Of a DNA stretch of 64,000 nt, positions 9,170 to 59,541 are shown piece after piece (position 1 is the first letter of the stretch; every line of letters starts with the position of its first letter). The notes beneath the pieces are model-generated. The model had not been told where the DNA came from. It worked only from the letters and a program-made list of their open reading frames with translations, and did not search any database. The translations under genes and the position numbers were made by a program. This stretch comes from Antedon mediterranea (lineage: Eukaryota > Animalia > Echinodermata). The stretch is taken from NCBI RefSeq assembly GCF_964355755.1, contig NC_092677.1, positions 18,064,101 to 18,128,100 on the forward strand, given 5' to 3'.

Positions 9170-10490
9170 AAGAATGTAGACAAACCATGTTTTTTTGTTG
9201 TAGAGGAGCGATGATCTTGATAATGACACATTTTCCACCACCAACAACACCTTGAGTCATTTTAATCGATAGCGTTTTCGTTTGCTACCAAATCATTTAC
9301 GGCACAAGTAGCGGAATGCTACATTTATTTAGACAGTCGACAGTCAACTGAATCTAAATCGTTGATGTGTATTGTATCTAGAAATATGCGGCCGGTACGT
9401 TTGAGTGAATCCACCGTTTGAAATTGCGTGTTGCAACTGAGTGACGGTGAAAACAGTTGAAACTTAGGTCCTTCCGATCGTTTTAGATTGTAAACGGGAT
9501 GGATGGGAAACGATCGTTACTGTCCACCGACTCGTTCAACTTGAGGCGTTCCACAACAGCCGATGGATTGTCTCGAATTCAGGTTATTTGTAGACGTGTG
9601 AATCAGAACGCTCTTGAACTTTCGCTATAATAGTGTCTGATGAAATTGATAATTCAATGACATTTTGTTCGTACGTTGAAATTTCCTCTCGAGCCGGTGG
9701 ATGCAAGCGACGACGCGGTGGATCCTCGACATAACGGCGATTGAAATTCTACCATGTCGTCTTGTAATTTGGTTCAATTCCTAGCATGTGTATGGAATGT
9801 ATCTTTTCACGTTTGTCGTACGCGTACCGATGACCACCACGTTCACCAGGAAGAAATTGATGGCAGCTGTTTTAAACGTAGATTCGACGTGGATGTGCAT
9901 CATGAATTCATGCTTTCTCGATCTCGTGTGTATCGATTTTATTTCGTTTCTCTTTAAAAACCCTATCTAACCCAAAAGGAAGAATGAGTGACGAATGCTT
10001 TTCAATCTCGACAACTAAATGATATGACCGTCTGTCGTTTGTCGATGCATTGGAAACAATGACACCAAGAATCGACGTTCTCTGTCGTTGTAAACTCTAA
10101 ACTATGACGACGACGATACAGATACAGATTCAATGCTGATCGAACAAACACGACCGCTAACGTGTCGTCTGCGTTGTAAATCAACAGGTTCATATGATCA
10201 ACTCTTATGTTTGCGCCGCTTTCATGAAACACCACATCTCCAACTAGTTTCTGTTTCTGTTTACCCTCGGAAAACGTGATGCAGAAAGATGTCAAGGTGG
10301 TTTCTGAAGTGAGTACAGCTCGTAGAAGCGTCCATGTATACGTTTTGGCAACCTCTGTATCCGTATACGTATGTGGAAAACTACGTCACACATTCTTGGT
10401 AGCGAGCTTCATAAAAATATCGTTCGTGATGCCGATTTTCGATGCGTTTTCGACAAGACAAGTTTTAGTCCAAAAATGTTGTCTATACCT
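9170..10490 (-). pseudogene. Decayed intronless coding-like sequence of unknown function (right part of the CpG-rich island)
   Basis: CpG-rich like 880-2335. The frame of ORF 10002-10295 extends upstream through one stop (RQHFWTKTCLVENASKIGITNDIFMKLATKNV*RSFPHTY...). Further protein-like stretches follow downstream. Confidence 0.4.
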
Positions 10491-10739
10491 AGGTTAGATG
10501 CACCGAATCCAACTATGGACTAAGCCTAGGAGGACTACATTCTAGATACATTTTAGCCCTCTAAAATGATTTTGCCCATAAAATAAAAATAATAAAAAGG
10601 TTATAAATCAAACGTAAGCGTATACGTGTTGTGACGACACGGATACAATACATACATTTGCCCAAACTTCATCAAAAAGTAGACAAACAGATTTCTGAAT
10701 CAAAATACCTATTCGAACATTACCATAAATTAATTTCTA

Positions 10740-11952
10740 CTAGATGGTACGCTCGCTTCGCTCGCGTACCATCTAGGTCGTGCCCACAGATGGTTCTCGA
10801 ATACACAGTAATTTCAGCGTTAAAAAACTGGCGATTTCAAATGTACAATAATGCAGGACAATAATATATGTCGTTTACAGGAACGATTAAATAGACACTG
10901 TGATTTATGTACTCAACTAAAATTAGCACACTGGGAATTACTTCCGAAAGAGAAAGTTGTCACAAAATGAGACCAATTGTTTAAGTCAAATTTAAACAAA
11001 CTTAATTTGTGTTTTGTATGTAACATTATGGTTGAGGGATGGGGAAGAGGATGGGTGCAAAGAGGAACAATTTTTAAATATATTCTTTATTTTGTAACGA
11101 AATATTAATAAACATGTTTTACAAATAATATACCACTAAACACAGTAAAACATTGCGATGTAATACTTTGTTGAAACTATCACCGTCGTAGTCGATTGAA
11201 ATAGTACAGTACATGTAACGATACACTACGACGTATGTTTATATATAATGTTAAACAATTTGTGAAAACCACCTCTATTCGGGGCAAATCATAAATTCGA
11301 TTTAATCGGTAATAAATATTAAATTACGGCGACTGAAAACGCTAGCTCATTATCCGTTTAAAAAAAATTATATCCAACCTCTGCAGCACAGATTGAAAAA
11401 AAAAATGGATCAAATTTCTGTTATGAGTATACAGTACTTTCCTTTACGACGCCTGAGGGAATAGACACTTGTGGAACGACACAGAGATTGGAATGTTCCA
11501 TTCATCGCAAATCAATAAATTTGTATAAACGTATATTAAATCTATCAAAATAGTATTTTTTTAAAGAAAATCGGCCTGTCTTCAACATTATGATACTGTA
11601 CTCGAGCTGTTCAACCGGTTTTCAGCTATTAAAAACAATTATCGTAGGAGGAGATAGGAAAATGCGAAGCCTCCTCGCATTTTTGTGGCGGGTATTTTTC
11701 AAGATGGACATCCATTAGACAATGTATACCACGATCGGAAAACACCCCTATCTGGGGCAAATCGTTGAACCTAAATTCGTTTTAATCGTCAATAACTAAT
11801 TATCTAACTTAATTTAATTAGTAAACAGGGTTACATCAGGTGGTTAAAATCAGTACCGAAAGTACGAACCAACTTTACATACCATCGAGTAAAAATTCTA
11901 AAAGTAAGGCGCGATTTACCGAATTTTGCCCTTACGTAAATTTATATATAGA
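10740..11952 (-). mobile_element. Non-autonomous Helitron, family copy 1
   Basis: On the minus strand it starts TC(TATATATAAATTTACGTAAGGGC) and ends in the hairpin GGTACGCGAGCGAAGCGAGCGTACC-ATCTAG. A|T insertion, no TSD. Three more copies in the window. Confidence 0.88.
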
Positions 11953-12558
11953 TGCGAGAAATTATGTGGAATTTGAAAACTGTTAAACTTTTGGATTTAT
12001 TTTCAGGTCCGCTGGACACCATATATGTTCTGGATATTCCCAACAAATCGGTTATATACCAAGTTCATTCAGTTACTTATTTAAGAGTCCAAGATTTGGA
12101 CGAAAGTTAGCATTTGAACCGTCCCTTCGTACATATTTCGTCCTAATGGTCCACACACCTGGAATGGCGCAATTTATGCAATTATGGACGTCCCCGTAAA
12201 ACAGTGAAGCCAACAAAAACGCGCCTATCGAAAATTCCTTTTTATAAAACATTCTCAAAACGTTTTAAATTTAATTTAGTTTGGCTTAATTTATGTAAAA
12301 CACGTTTGAAACGTTTTTAAATAGATAAGATGACTGTTACATCAAATCAAAGTAGATAATTGTAGGCTATAAGATTGGGGGAGAATTTGCACTTTTGATC
12401 ATCGTTAAACACGACATTTTAATAGAAAACTTATTATTTCGCTTGTATTTTGTAAACATTTTACTATTTACAATATCAATACACTAAATGCATGAGATTA
12501 TAAAAGAAGGATTTTTTTTAGATCTCGCGTCCTGCTTTTATTTGTTAATTATACTGTA

Positions 12559-13358
12559 TTTTTAGTCGCGTGGAAGCGACTCTATAGTTCACTATGTCGG
12601 TCGGTCGGTCGGTCTGTCTGTCTGTCTGTCTGTCGGTCTGTCTGTCGGTCTGTCTGTCTGTCTGTCGGTCCGGTATCACTATGCGTTTTATCGCTTTATG
12701 ACCTTATCTTGATATCAGTTTAATCTAGCTAAGTCAATTTTTCACAGAATATTCCTTATGGCCAGGAATCGATGTGGTTATGTTTTCACGGTGCGCAATA
12801 AAAAATTACGCGGTCTACGCACGATTTAACGAAATCACGTTTGTAATCATATCTTAACAACCATGAATCACAATTAAATAAAATTTGGTACTCATAAATT
12901 CCAGGACATAAATCATCATATGGCAATACAATTACGTGCGTAGCGCATGTAACGCATGCGTAAGCGCTTAAAATTTTCAAAATTTATTTTCGATGAAATA
13001 AGAGTACGTTTCAGGCAATTTTAAGCGTTTACAAAATTGCCATGAGTGCGCAGATTTTTGCGCGCGCACTGCACTCTTTTTGCCCGATTTCTGTTTTCTT
13101 GACTTACTTTTCAACTCGAAATTACGTTATACGAGCACGTCAAAAGTGACAGGCTACGCACGTGTAAATTAAAAAAATATAAATGTTTTTAAACATTTCA
13201 ACATTTTTAAACATGTTCAGTAATTTCGGTCAGTATAGTTCACTATGTCGGTCGGTCCGTCTGTCTGTCGGTCTGTCTGTCTGTCGGTCTGTTTGTCTGT
13301 CGGTCTGGTATCACTATGCATTGTAGCACGTGACTTAATGGCTGTTGGCCTTGTTTTT
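12559..13358 (+). mobile_element. HINE/DINE-1-like (Helentron-associated) non-autonomous element
   Basis: TTTT-AGTCGCGTG 5' subterminal repeat, two (GTCT/GTCG)n microsatellite blocks, inverted CACGTGACT, 3' stem-loop GGCTGTTGGCC, then TTGTTTT. Confidence 0.78.
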
Positions 13359-14360
13359 ACCAAGTTTACTTCATTTTATGTGTATGGTTTGTTTCCTTTT
13401 CAGTGTATGTATCTTGTATTTTGCTGACAAACGATTTTGACAAAATACATGAATAAATGAATGAAAGGTTTATATTACATTTGATCAAATAATAGCGGCT
13501 ACATTAGAGTTGGCTGTTCTTTTGCTATTGCATATCAAAGGGTAAATCAAATGTAAAAGTACTATCATATATAGAGCTTAAATAACTCCGTGCCACATTT
13601 AGCATTTAGTATTGTTCAAACATGAACTTAATGCTAACTAGTTACCTTGGCCAAACACTCCCTCACCACCTTTATGTAAATTAGCGTCAAAACACGTTAC
13701 ATTTACAGTACATTGTCAGAACAAAATTATTTTTCAATATCAACATTTCACATCAAAATGACTGTATTTAACTCATCAAATTGTAAGTTCAACAAAGGGC
13801 AGTGCGTAAGTGCTTATATAACTTTTTAGTGGTTAAATTACGGTGAGACAATGCCTTTTTATAATGATTACAACAAATTGTTGGCCTTCATTTGTAGAAT
13901 TAGGTATTTTGAAATGTGTTCCAATGATGTTAACATCAGTCTAGGCATATGAGGCCTATCACGATATATAGTTAAGTTCGGAAATAATATAATAAAGGAA
14001 TGTAACATTGATCAAGGTGTTAAACAAGTTTGCACACTGTTTCCTATACTATTGTGTATGTTTATTAATGATGATTTTAAAAATGAATGATGAATGTGTC
14101 CACATTAATAATACTTTGGGGCTCTTTTCTGGAAATGAACAACAAACTAATAAAAAAAAATCTTTGGGAAAAAAAGTGAGCAAATATAAAGATATTGCTT
14201 ATGAAAAAGACAAAATTAGCACTTCTAGCAGATTTAACCACAAAATACTGAATTTCACGCATTGATCTTTAACTACTTCTTTCCTTTATAATTGTGGGTT
14301 ATTTTTCAACAAACAAATTATATAGTCGCTATCAAATCGGGTTTGAACTATACCATGAAA

Positions 14361-14432
14361 GCCTCAGTGGTCTAATGGTTAGGACATCTGCATATCAAGC
14401 AGAAGGTCCGGGTTCGAATCTCGGTTGGGGCA
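14361..14432 (+). other. tRNA-like cloverleaf (anticodon ATC) in a repeat; tRNA-derived module, probably not a canonical tRNA
   Basis: GCCTCAG/TTGGGGC acceptor, GTCT/GGAC D stem, TCTGC/GCAGA anticodon stem, CCGGG-TTCGAAT-CTCGG T arm, with A and B boxes. Degenerate copies at ~16129-16178 (+) and ~16266-16310 (-). Confidence 0.75.
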
Positions 14433-14475
14433 ACTTGTTCTCATTCTCACAGATTTCCTCATCGTTATAAATTAA

Positions 14476-15689
14476 TCTACATATAAATTTACGTAAGGGC
14501 AAAATTCGGTAAATCGCGCCTTACTTCTAGAATTTGTACTCGATGGTATATAAAGTTGGTTCGTACTTTCGGTACTGATTTTAACCACCTGATGTAACCC
14601 TGTTTACTAATTAAATTAAGTTGTGTCCATCTTGAAAAATACCCGCCACAAAAATGCGAGGAGGCTTCGCATTTTCCTATCTCCTCCTACGATAATTGTT
14701 TTTAATAGCTGAAAAACGGTTGAACAGCTAGAGTACAGCATCATAATGTTGAAGACAGGCCGATTTTCTTAAAAAAATACTATTTTGATAGATTTAATAT
14801 ACGTTTATACAAATGTATTGATTTGCGATGAATGGAACATCTCAATCTCTCAGTCTGCCAGAGTTTGGTTTAACACAAGTAGGTAAATTTATGAGCCCCT
14901 GGTTTAACACATACGGTAGGTAAATATATGGGCCCTTTGTTTGAGAATAAACTTGCAATACTTTGACAATACTGTAAATACCTCATTTGAATCGAAAATT
15001 TCTTACTGTGAATGTTCGTACTGTTAGATGTAATATAAAAATATATACAAATAAACTTTATTACTGAGATTGTGGATAGGCTGTACTGTTAGATATATAA
15101 ACACATTATTATATACAAATAAACTTTATACTGACAGTTCCTTCTCAACGTTTGTATTAATTAATAATTACCAATAATATAAACGTCGTAGTGGTGTATC
15201 GTGACATGTACTTTAATATTTCAATCGATTATGACAGTGACAGTTTTAACAAAGTATTATTTATTAAATCTCAAATGTTTTACTGTATTTAGAGGTATAG
15301 TATTTATAGGCCTATAAAACAAGAACAAAATATTTCGTTACTGAGTTGATAAAGAATATATTTAAAAATTGTTCCTCTTTGTACCTATCCGTTTTCCCAT
15401 CCCTCAACCCTAATGTTACATACAAAACACAAATTGGGTTTCTTTAAATGAGGCCAAATAAAAAATTTGGACTCATTTTGATAAGTTTCTCCTTCGGAAG
15501 TAATTCACAGGGTGCTAATTTTAGTTGACTACATAAATCATCGTGTCTAATTTATTCGTTTCTATAAACGACAATGTATTATAGTCCTGCGGTACGTACA
15601 TTTGAAATCGCCAGTTTTGCTACGCTGAAATTACTGTGTATTCGAGAACCATCTGTGGGCACGACCTAGATGGTACGCGAGCGAAGCGA
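14476..15689 (+). mobile_element. Non-autonomous Helitron, family copy 2 (3' end truncated in the hairpin)
   Basis: Starts A|TCTACATATAAATTTACGTAAGGGC and ends ...CTAGATGGTACGCGAGCGAAGCGA; inverted copy of 10740-11952. Confidence 0.87.
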
Positions 15690-15922
15690 TCAAGCAAAAG
15701 ACCTTTTGCTTGATATTTGATGAGTAAACAAGAAATATTTCTTACAAAAAACGGTGCTCGACATTTTAAAATTAATCATTGTTCTTTCTTCAGATATATT
15801 TATGATTAATTATTAAAAAGATGTCCTTTAATCGCAAAAATACATACAAATCAAAGATCTTTAATTATGATTCACATGCCCATTTAAAAATGGTCATTTT
15901 GAACTTTAATGTGCTTAAATGA

Positions 15923-16251
15923 TTAAATTTCAGTATATCACCGGACGGTTTAGAATTAATTTCTATGCCTATTGTGTTTATATATATAAAAGTATCTCTC
16001 CGGAGATCCCGCTTTGTGAATAAATCTCTGGTGCGCGTGCGTACAATTGAGGGACTAGTGCTGTTCTGCCGTACCACGCCGAGAATGTTATAGTCGCTAT
16101 CCAATCGGGTTTGAATATACCATGAAAGCCCCATCTGCATATCAAGCAACATTTCCGGGTTCGAATCTTGGTTGGGGAAACTTTTGGGGCGACACCTTCA
16201 AACAATAGGCATTGACATTTCTAAACCGCCTGGTGATATACTGAAATTTAA
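15923..16251. mobile_element. Small TIR element carrying a degenerate tRNA-like module
   Basis: TTAAATTTCAGTATATCACCGGACGGTTTAGAA...ATGCCTATTG versus CAATAGGCAT...TTCTAAACCGCCTGGTGATATACTGAAATTTAA, a ~55-bp imperfect inverted repeat. Confidence 0.65.
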
Positions 16252-16412
16252 TATGTAATGGTAAGATGAGGAAATCTGTGAGATTCGAACACGGACCTTT
16301 TGCTTGATATTTGATGAGTAAACAAGAAATATTTCTTACAAAAAACGGTGCTCGACATTTTAAAATTAATCATTGTTCTTTCTTCAGATATATTTATGAT
16401 TAATTATTAAAA

Positions 16413-17971
16413 CTAGATGGCACGCTCGCTTCGCTCGCGTACCATCTAGGTCGTGCCCACAGATGGTTCTCGAATACACAGTATTTCCAGCGAGAAAAAA
16501 ATGGAGATTTCAAATGTACGTACCGCAGGACTATAATACATTGTCGTTTACAGAAACGAATAAATATACACAATGATTTATGTAGTCAACCAAAATTAGC
16601 ACCCTGGGAATTACTTCCGAGAGAGAAACAAAATGAGTCAAATTTTTTTATTTGGACTCATTTAAACAAACCCAATTTGTGTTTTGTATGTAACATTAAG
16701 GGTTGAGGGATGGGGGAAGAAGATAGGTACAAAGAGGAAACATTTTAAAATATATTCTTATCCACTCAGTAACGAAATATTGTTTTTAATGTTTTATAGG
16801 CCTATAAATAATATACCACTAAATACAGTAAAACATTTACGATTTAATACGGTACTTTGTTAAAACTCTCACTGTCATAGTCGATTGAAATAGTAAAGTA
16901 CATGTAACGATACACCACTACGACGTTTATATAATTTTAAATTATTAATTAATACAAACGTTGAGAAGCAACTGTCAGTAATAACGTTTATTTATTTGTA
17001 TATTATATGTTTATAATCTAACAGTAGGGCCTACCCACACTCACAGTAATAAAATTTATTTGTATATATTTTTATATTACATCTAACAGTACCAACACTC
17101 ACAGTAAGAAATTTGCGATTCAAATTGGGATCAAAAGTGGTTAATACCTTAACAGTATTGTACAGCATTGCAATACTATTTATGTTTATTCTCCAAGGGG
17201 GCCCATAAATCTAAATCTATACCTCTATGGTTAAACCAAATAATTTGGAATGTTTATTTGTATATTATATGTTTATAATCTAACAGTAGGGCCACCCACA
17301 CTCACAGTAATAAAGTTTATTTGTATATATTTTTATATTACATCTAACAGTACCAACACTCACAGTAAGAAATTTGCCATTCAAATTGCGATCAAAAGTG
17401 GTTAATACCTTAACACAGTATTGTACAGCATTGCAATACTATTTATGTTTATTCTCCAAGGGGGCCCATAAATCTAAATCTATACCTGTATTGTTAAACC
17501 AAATAATTTGGAATGTTCCATTCATCACAAATCAATACATTTGTAAAAACGTATATTAAATGTATCAAACTAGTATTTTTTAAAGAAAATCGGCCTGTCT
17601 TCAACATTATGATGCTGTACTCGAACTGTTCAACCGGTTTTCAGCTATTAAAAACAATTATCGTAGGAGGAGATAGGAAAATGCGAAGCCTCCTCGCATT
17701 TTTGTGGCGGGTATTTTTCAAGATGGACATCCATTAGACAGTGTATACCACGATCGGAAAACACCCCTATTTGGGGCAAATCGTTGAACCTAAATTCGTT
17801 TTAATCGTCAATAACTAATTATCTAACTTAATTTAATTAGTAAACAGGGTTACATCAGGTGGTTAAAATCAGTACCGAAAGTACGAACCAACTTTATATA
17901 CCATCGAGTGAAAATTCTAGAAGTAAGGCGCGATTTACCGAATTTTGCCCTTACGTAAATTTATATATAGA
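16413..17971 (-). mobile_element. Non-autonomous Helitron, family copy 3 (with an internal ~260-bp tandem duplication)
   Basis: Same termini as copy 1. An empty-site paralog at ~15781-15897 shows insertion without TSD. Confidence 0.9.
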
Positions 17972-20900
17972 AGATGTCCTTTAATCGCAAAAATACATAC
18001 AAATCAAACATCTTTAATTATGATTCACATGCCCATTTAAAAATGGTCAAATGCTGTGTGTGTGACCTCAACCTGTTGGCATGCAACTGAATACCCTCTA
18101 GAGACAACGTGACTTCACGAAAATTCTTCCCAGTCTGTTGATGATTCGCGTCAACCAATCAAAGGGCGAGAATCCAAAATCGTTCAACCGTGAGCCCTCA
18201 TAGACTCTATTTTCCCAGACGTTTTTTGGGTCCAGCAGCTGGAATCTATAAATTATAGTCGAGTTTACAAAGTCGCAAAACTGTCGGCCTTAGATACTAT
18301 AACTGCTGCTTGCTTTAACTTATGAATGAGTAGTCCTCATGGGACGTAGCTGGCTAGAGCAGCAGCGTAAAAAATAAAACACAGCTATTTCGTAATTGAT
18401 GTGTTTTTTAATATTACAGAAACACACACGTACATCTAACAAGTTGTTGAAAACCACAGAAAAATTACATACAGTATTAATAGTTGTGCAATAAGTGTAC
18501 ACATGTTGGTGATGTCAATAATAAAATTGATAATTCTTAGAATACAAAATCATATTAAATATTCCTTTGAAAATTATTTTAAAAAATACTTTAAAATAAC
18601 CTAATGATTAAAAAAATTAACGATTAAAATAACCTAATATATAATTCGACGACAGAAAAGACAAGATCATTTATTACAATAGAGAAAGCCTATTAAATAA
18701 CGGCTTATTTATGTATTTTTTTATATAATAACAAGCACAAAAAATAAAATAACAGTATACGAAATCTCATCATATTTAATATTCATTAATTATTAGAAAG
18801 CACATTGCCAAATTCTGTGATATTTATTCAACAAGATAAAAATAATATTATTAATAATGGTGAAACGCCTCTGTGTAAGACCAGAAGCATATTCTGAAAA
18901 CCCTAAGTGGCCAACATTAAGAAGATGCTTCACACGTCGTGGGAAGTTTCTGTAAAAGGAACAGAAGACACTAAAATCCCCAACCGCGACAAAAAATAAG
19001 TAAATACCTGTACAAACTAGATAAAAAATAATAATAAAATAAATAAAAAATAAATATGACCTGAAAAAAAGAGTTAGTTAGGGAGCCGCATGTCCGCCTT
19101 CAGGCGACAGTGTTATTCCTGCTTCTGAGCCAAATGAATAAAATAAAAAGTAAAATAAAAAAAGCCTATATATCAGGCGTATTGCCTTCGTTCCTTTATT
19201 TACTTTGGCCATTAGTTTTTAGATAAACCTTACATTGTACTGTAAATTTATTTGTAAAATATATAGTATATTTAATGTTAATTTAATTTGCACACGCTAA
19301 ACCCAATATTTATATGGGCGTTTTTATTAGTCAGGTCGCCAATTTGTATGATTTGGCATTTCTTAGATACTGTATGCAAATTTCCCACCTTCATATGATC
19401 ACAATTAAGATATATCTTTATTTTTATATATTGCATGTTAATAATAAGCCACGTTCAATATGCATTTATGAATTTACAAGTAAACGTTTACCAAAACATT
19501 GCATTTAAAATGTAAAACGTTAGCAAAAGAGCATCCGAAGGACAGAACTAGATAGAAGTTTTTGAAATAAATATTTAAAATTATTATTTAATTCGTGACA
19601 ACATGAAATCAATACATTAACATAACATTTCAAAACACACACAAACAAATAAATGTAATCAGTAATAAACTTTATATAGTGTGTTCAATATCGATACATA
19701 TTGAAAAAAATAAAAATATACTAAACAAGTATTAGGAGCCTAGAACCAGACGATTGGAGAGTGATTTTTATCACCTTAATGAAACAGCCTGTATTTACAT
19801 TCATTTCTTTATCTGTTTTGCTCTGCTTTTGTATTGAGCAACGAGTCTAATATGCAGATTAATAAACAATTACTATAAATAAATGAATAAGTAACAATAT
19901 AAAAATACATAATATCAAACAAAAGGCAAGATAATAGTAACTTTCTACCACAAAATAATAACTTTATTTGGTTAAATTACGTAAAAAATTAAACTTATAG
20001 TGTGGTTTTATTGGTATAATACAATATATAATTATAATGTGGCGAATTCACGGTGGATTTTTTTAATGGTATAATAGGGCAATGAAAAGGTGGCTTTGCC
20101 AGGAAAAATGAAGACAGTTGGCTCTTAAATACACAATAATACGCACATTTTATGGCGTAAACAAATAATTTAAGTTTAAAATTGAATGGATTCAATTCCA
20201 AAAATACAATTTAGGCATTTCAATATTAGTATGATCACATTCAAATACTGGTGATTATACCTGTACACTTTTTTTTTCTAAAAACTGTCACATGATCCTA
20301 TTTAACCCATCAAATAAAGGTCACAAAACATCAACAGGTGATGGTATATACAAATACAATGAATGTTTATGAGCGAAATGCAGAAAATGTATTCAAGTGT
20401 TGAAATTTAAAAGTTGGACAGGTCTATTCAACGAGACAAGTTCCATTCAACCAATACGAAACATTATTTACTTTATCGTTAAGTAATTTACCGATTCCAT
20501 CTTTAATAGAAGGTTGAACCTATTAAAAATCATGCTGGGTATAACGAAGCAAAGTGGAGCCGTTATAGATAGAACACACTACTGTCAGTTGTTCCAACAT
20601 TCACCAGCCTAGCGTTGCACAATTGCATTTGTAAAGTAAAATATTCGTTTGTGTATTCAGCTCATGTACACCTCATTCAATTCACGTAAATATTCTTTTC
20701 ATTGCACTCATAAACATTCATTGTCATTTTGTATAATTATGCGATGGAGGATAATATAAAATGAAATTATAGAAGAGCAAAATCAATAATATTGCAAAAT
20801 CAAAATGACAAATATTCTCTTACTAAATAGTGAACTGTGTCTGGAGCAACTTACCTACAATCAAAATACAAACTTTATTTTAGCAATGATGCTTTATTAC

Positions 20901-22443
20901 AATGGAGGAATAAAAGAATTGATTTCTCTAGGCTTCATGGCAAAACCTCTATAATCCTTTCCACAGGAATGAAGCAGGTTACATGCCTGGAGAAACCCTC
21001 CTGGTTGAACTAAAGCAAAGACTTTATAAACCTTTGTCTGGATGGATCGTCCATCAAAGGCTACACCATCTTAAATATGAGTGCAGGACAGGCAAACTAG
21101 TTTAAACTCTGAACTTTGGTCAGCAGAACAATAAATATATAAATCACTAAAAACCAGCAAATCGATTAGTACATTATCCATTTGGAGTACCAGCATACTC
21201 TAAACAAGAAACAATCAAGAGTGATTGTTTAAACAGCAAAGTTAAAACCTTCAAACATATGATTTGTAGAACAGCAGCAAACACTGTAACAAAAGTGCTC
21301 CGCTACAAAATTTGTTTCTAAACATTATTTACGGTATTTGTCATGCCTAAAACAATCAATTAATTTAGTTCAGCACATTCAGCAGATAACTGCAATAATA
21401 ACATTTATTTCATCTCCTATAATATTCATCTAAAAACTGTTTACTTATTATGAAGAATAAATGTTATTTTAAAAGACTGACAAATTACTTTTATGATAAA
21501 GAATATAAATATAGGCTAGTCTTTCAGTGAATAGCACTTTTGTAAATCATTGGCAAGAGTTATGTACAAAAATTTATTGAACACCCCATGAAATAATTAG
21601 TATAATGATCATCTGAAAATCTGTGTATGCAAATGACCATATACTGTATGCAAATTATTCATTAATTTGCTGTTATTAAGCTGTAATTAATATACATTTA
21701 TAAACATTGTGCATCTTAAACTAAATTTACACATGCTCATATTCTTAACTCTCAGGTGTTAAAAATTAGCATCAAGTTCTTAAGTATACTGTACTGAGTA
21801 AGCAAATGAATTGTCAGTTGCTTTAGCAACAAAAATCTTGGCGTTGCTTAAGTTTGTTAGATTGCACCAAAGACATTTTTGAATTCACTAACAATATCTC
21901 TGAAATTGTGAGCATGAGCAGAATGCTGTAGTAATTTCCTTTTGTTTATTTCCACTCAAACAATTATTGAGTTGTGAATACTCAATATATTAATAAAAAC
22001 TATTCTGGACTTTATATTTGCACTGTAATAGCCAGCAAACATTGACTAGTTGCTCTAAAAGGCATCACTGTCTTACTTTTAAGCCGGCCAATGACAATCT
22101 TTCTAGTATAAACTGTATGTACAGTAAAGAATAATAAATATAGCTTTAAAAAAATTCAGTAACGATCACAGAATGTATTTTAGTCATCTTGATTGCGCTG
22201 ATAGATCTGCAGAACAGATAAAGTACTACATGTCAACATAGTACAACAAGATACCGATTATCTTTGTCATTTCAACTATCAATTTTCAGGACTGATAATC
22301 CTTTGTATCACAATATGTGTACAAACAAACACAGTATTTCTTTATAAAAAAATAATTGCTTTCCCTAAGGAAATGTTTGCACTGAATAAAACATCCAGCA
22401 TTATAGCCAGTAAATTTCTTCTTCTGTTGTTCTTCTTTTCAAA

Positions 22444-59398
<36,955 letters not shown>

Positions 59399-59541
59399 CT
59401 AGAAGATTTAAAAAATAACACTGTATGATTCTATCTATAGTAGATTTCAATTAGTGATATCATAACAAACTGCTCACTAAAAACCCATCTAATCTTTATT
59501 ATCCTTCAAGTAATTAAAAAGTGATTAAACTTTGATTCATA

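Noticed and set aside
476-10537. AGTCTCCTAGGTTA / TAAGCCTAGGAGGACT as Polinton-like TIRs around the island
   Set aside because: Only ~14 bp and gapped, with no 6-bp TSD; CCTAGG motifs are common in this window.
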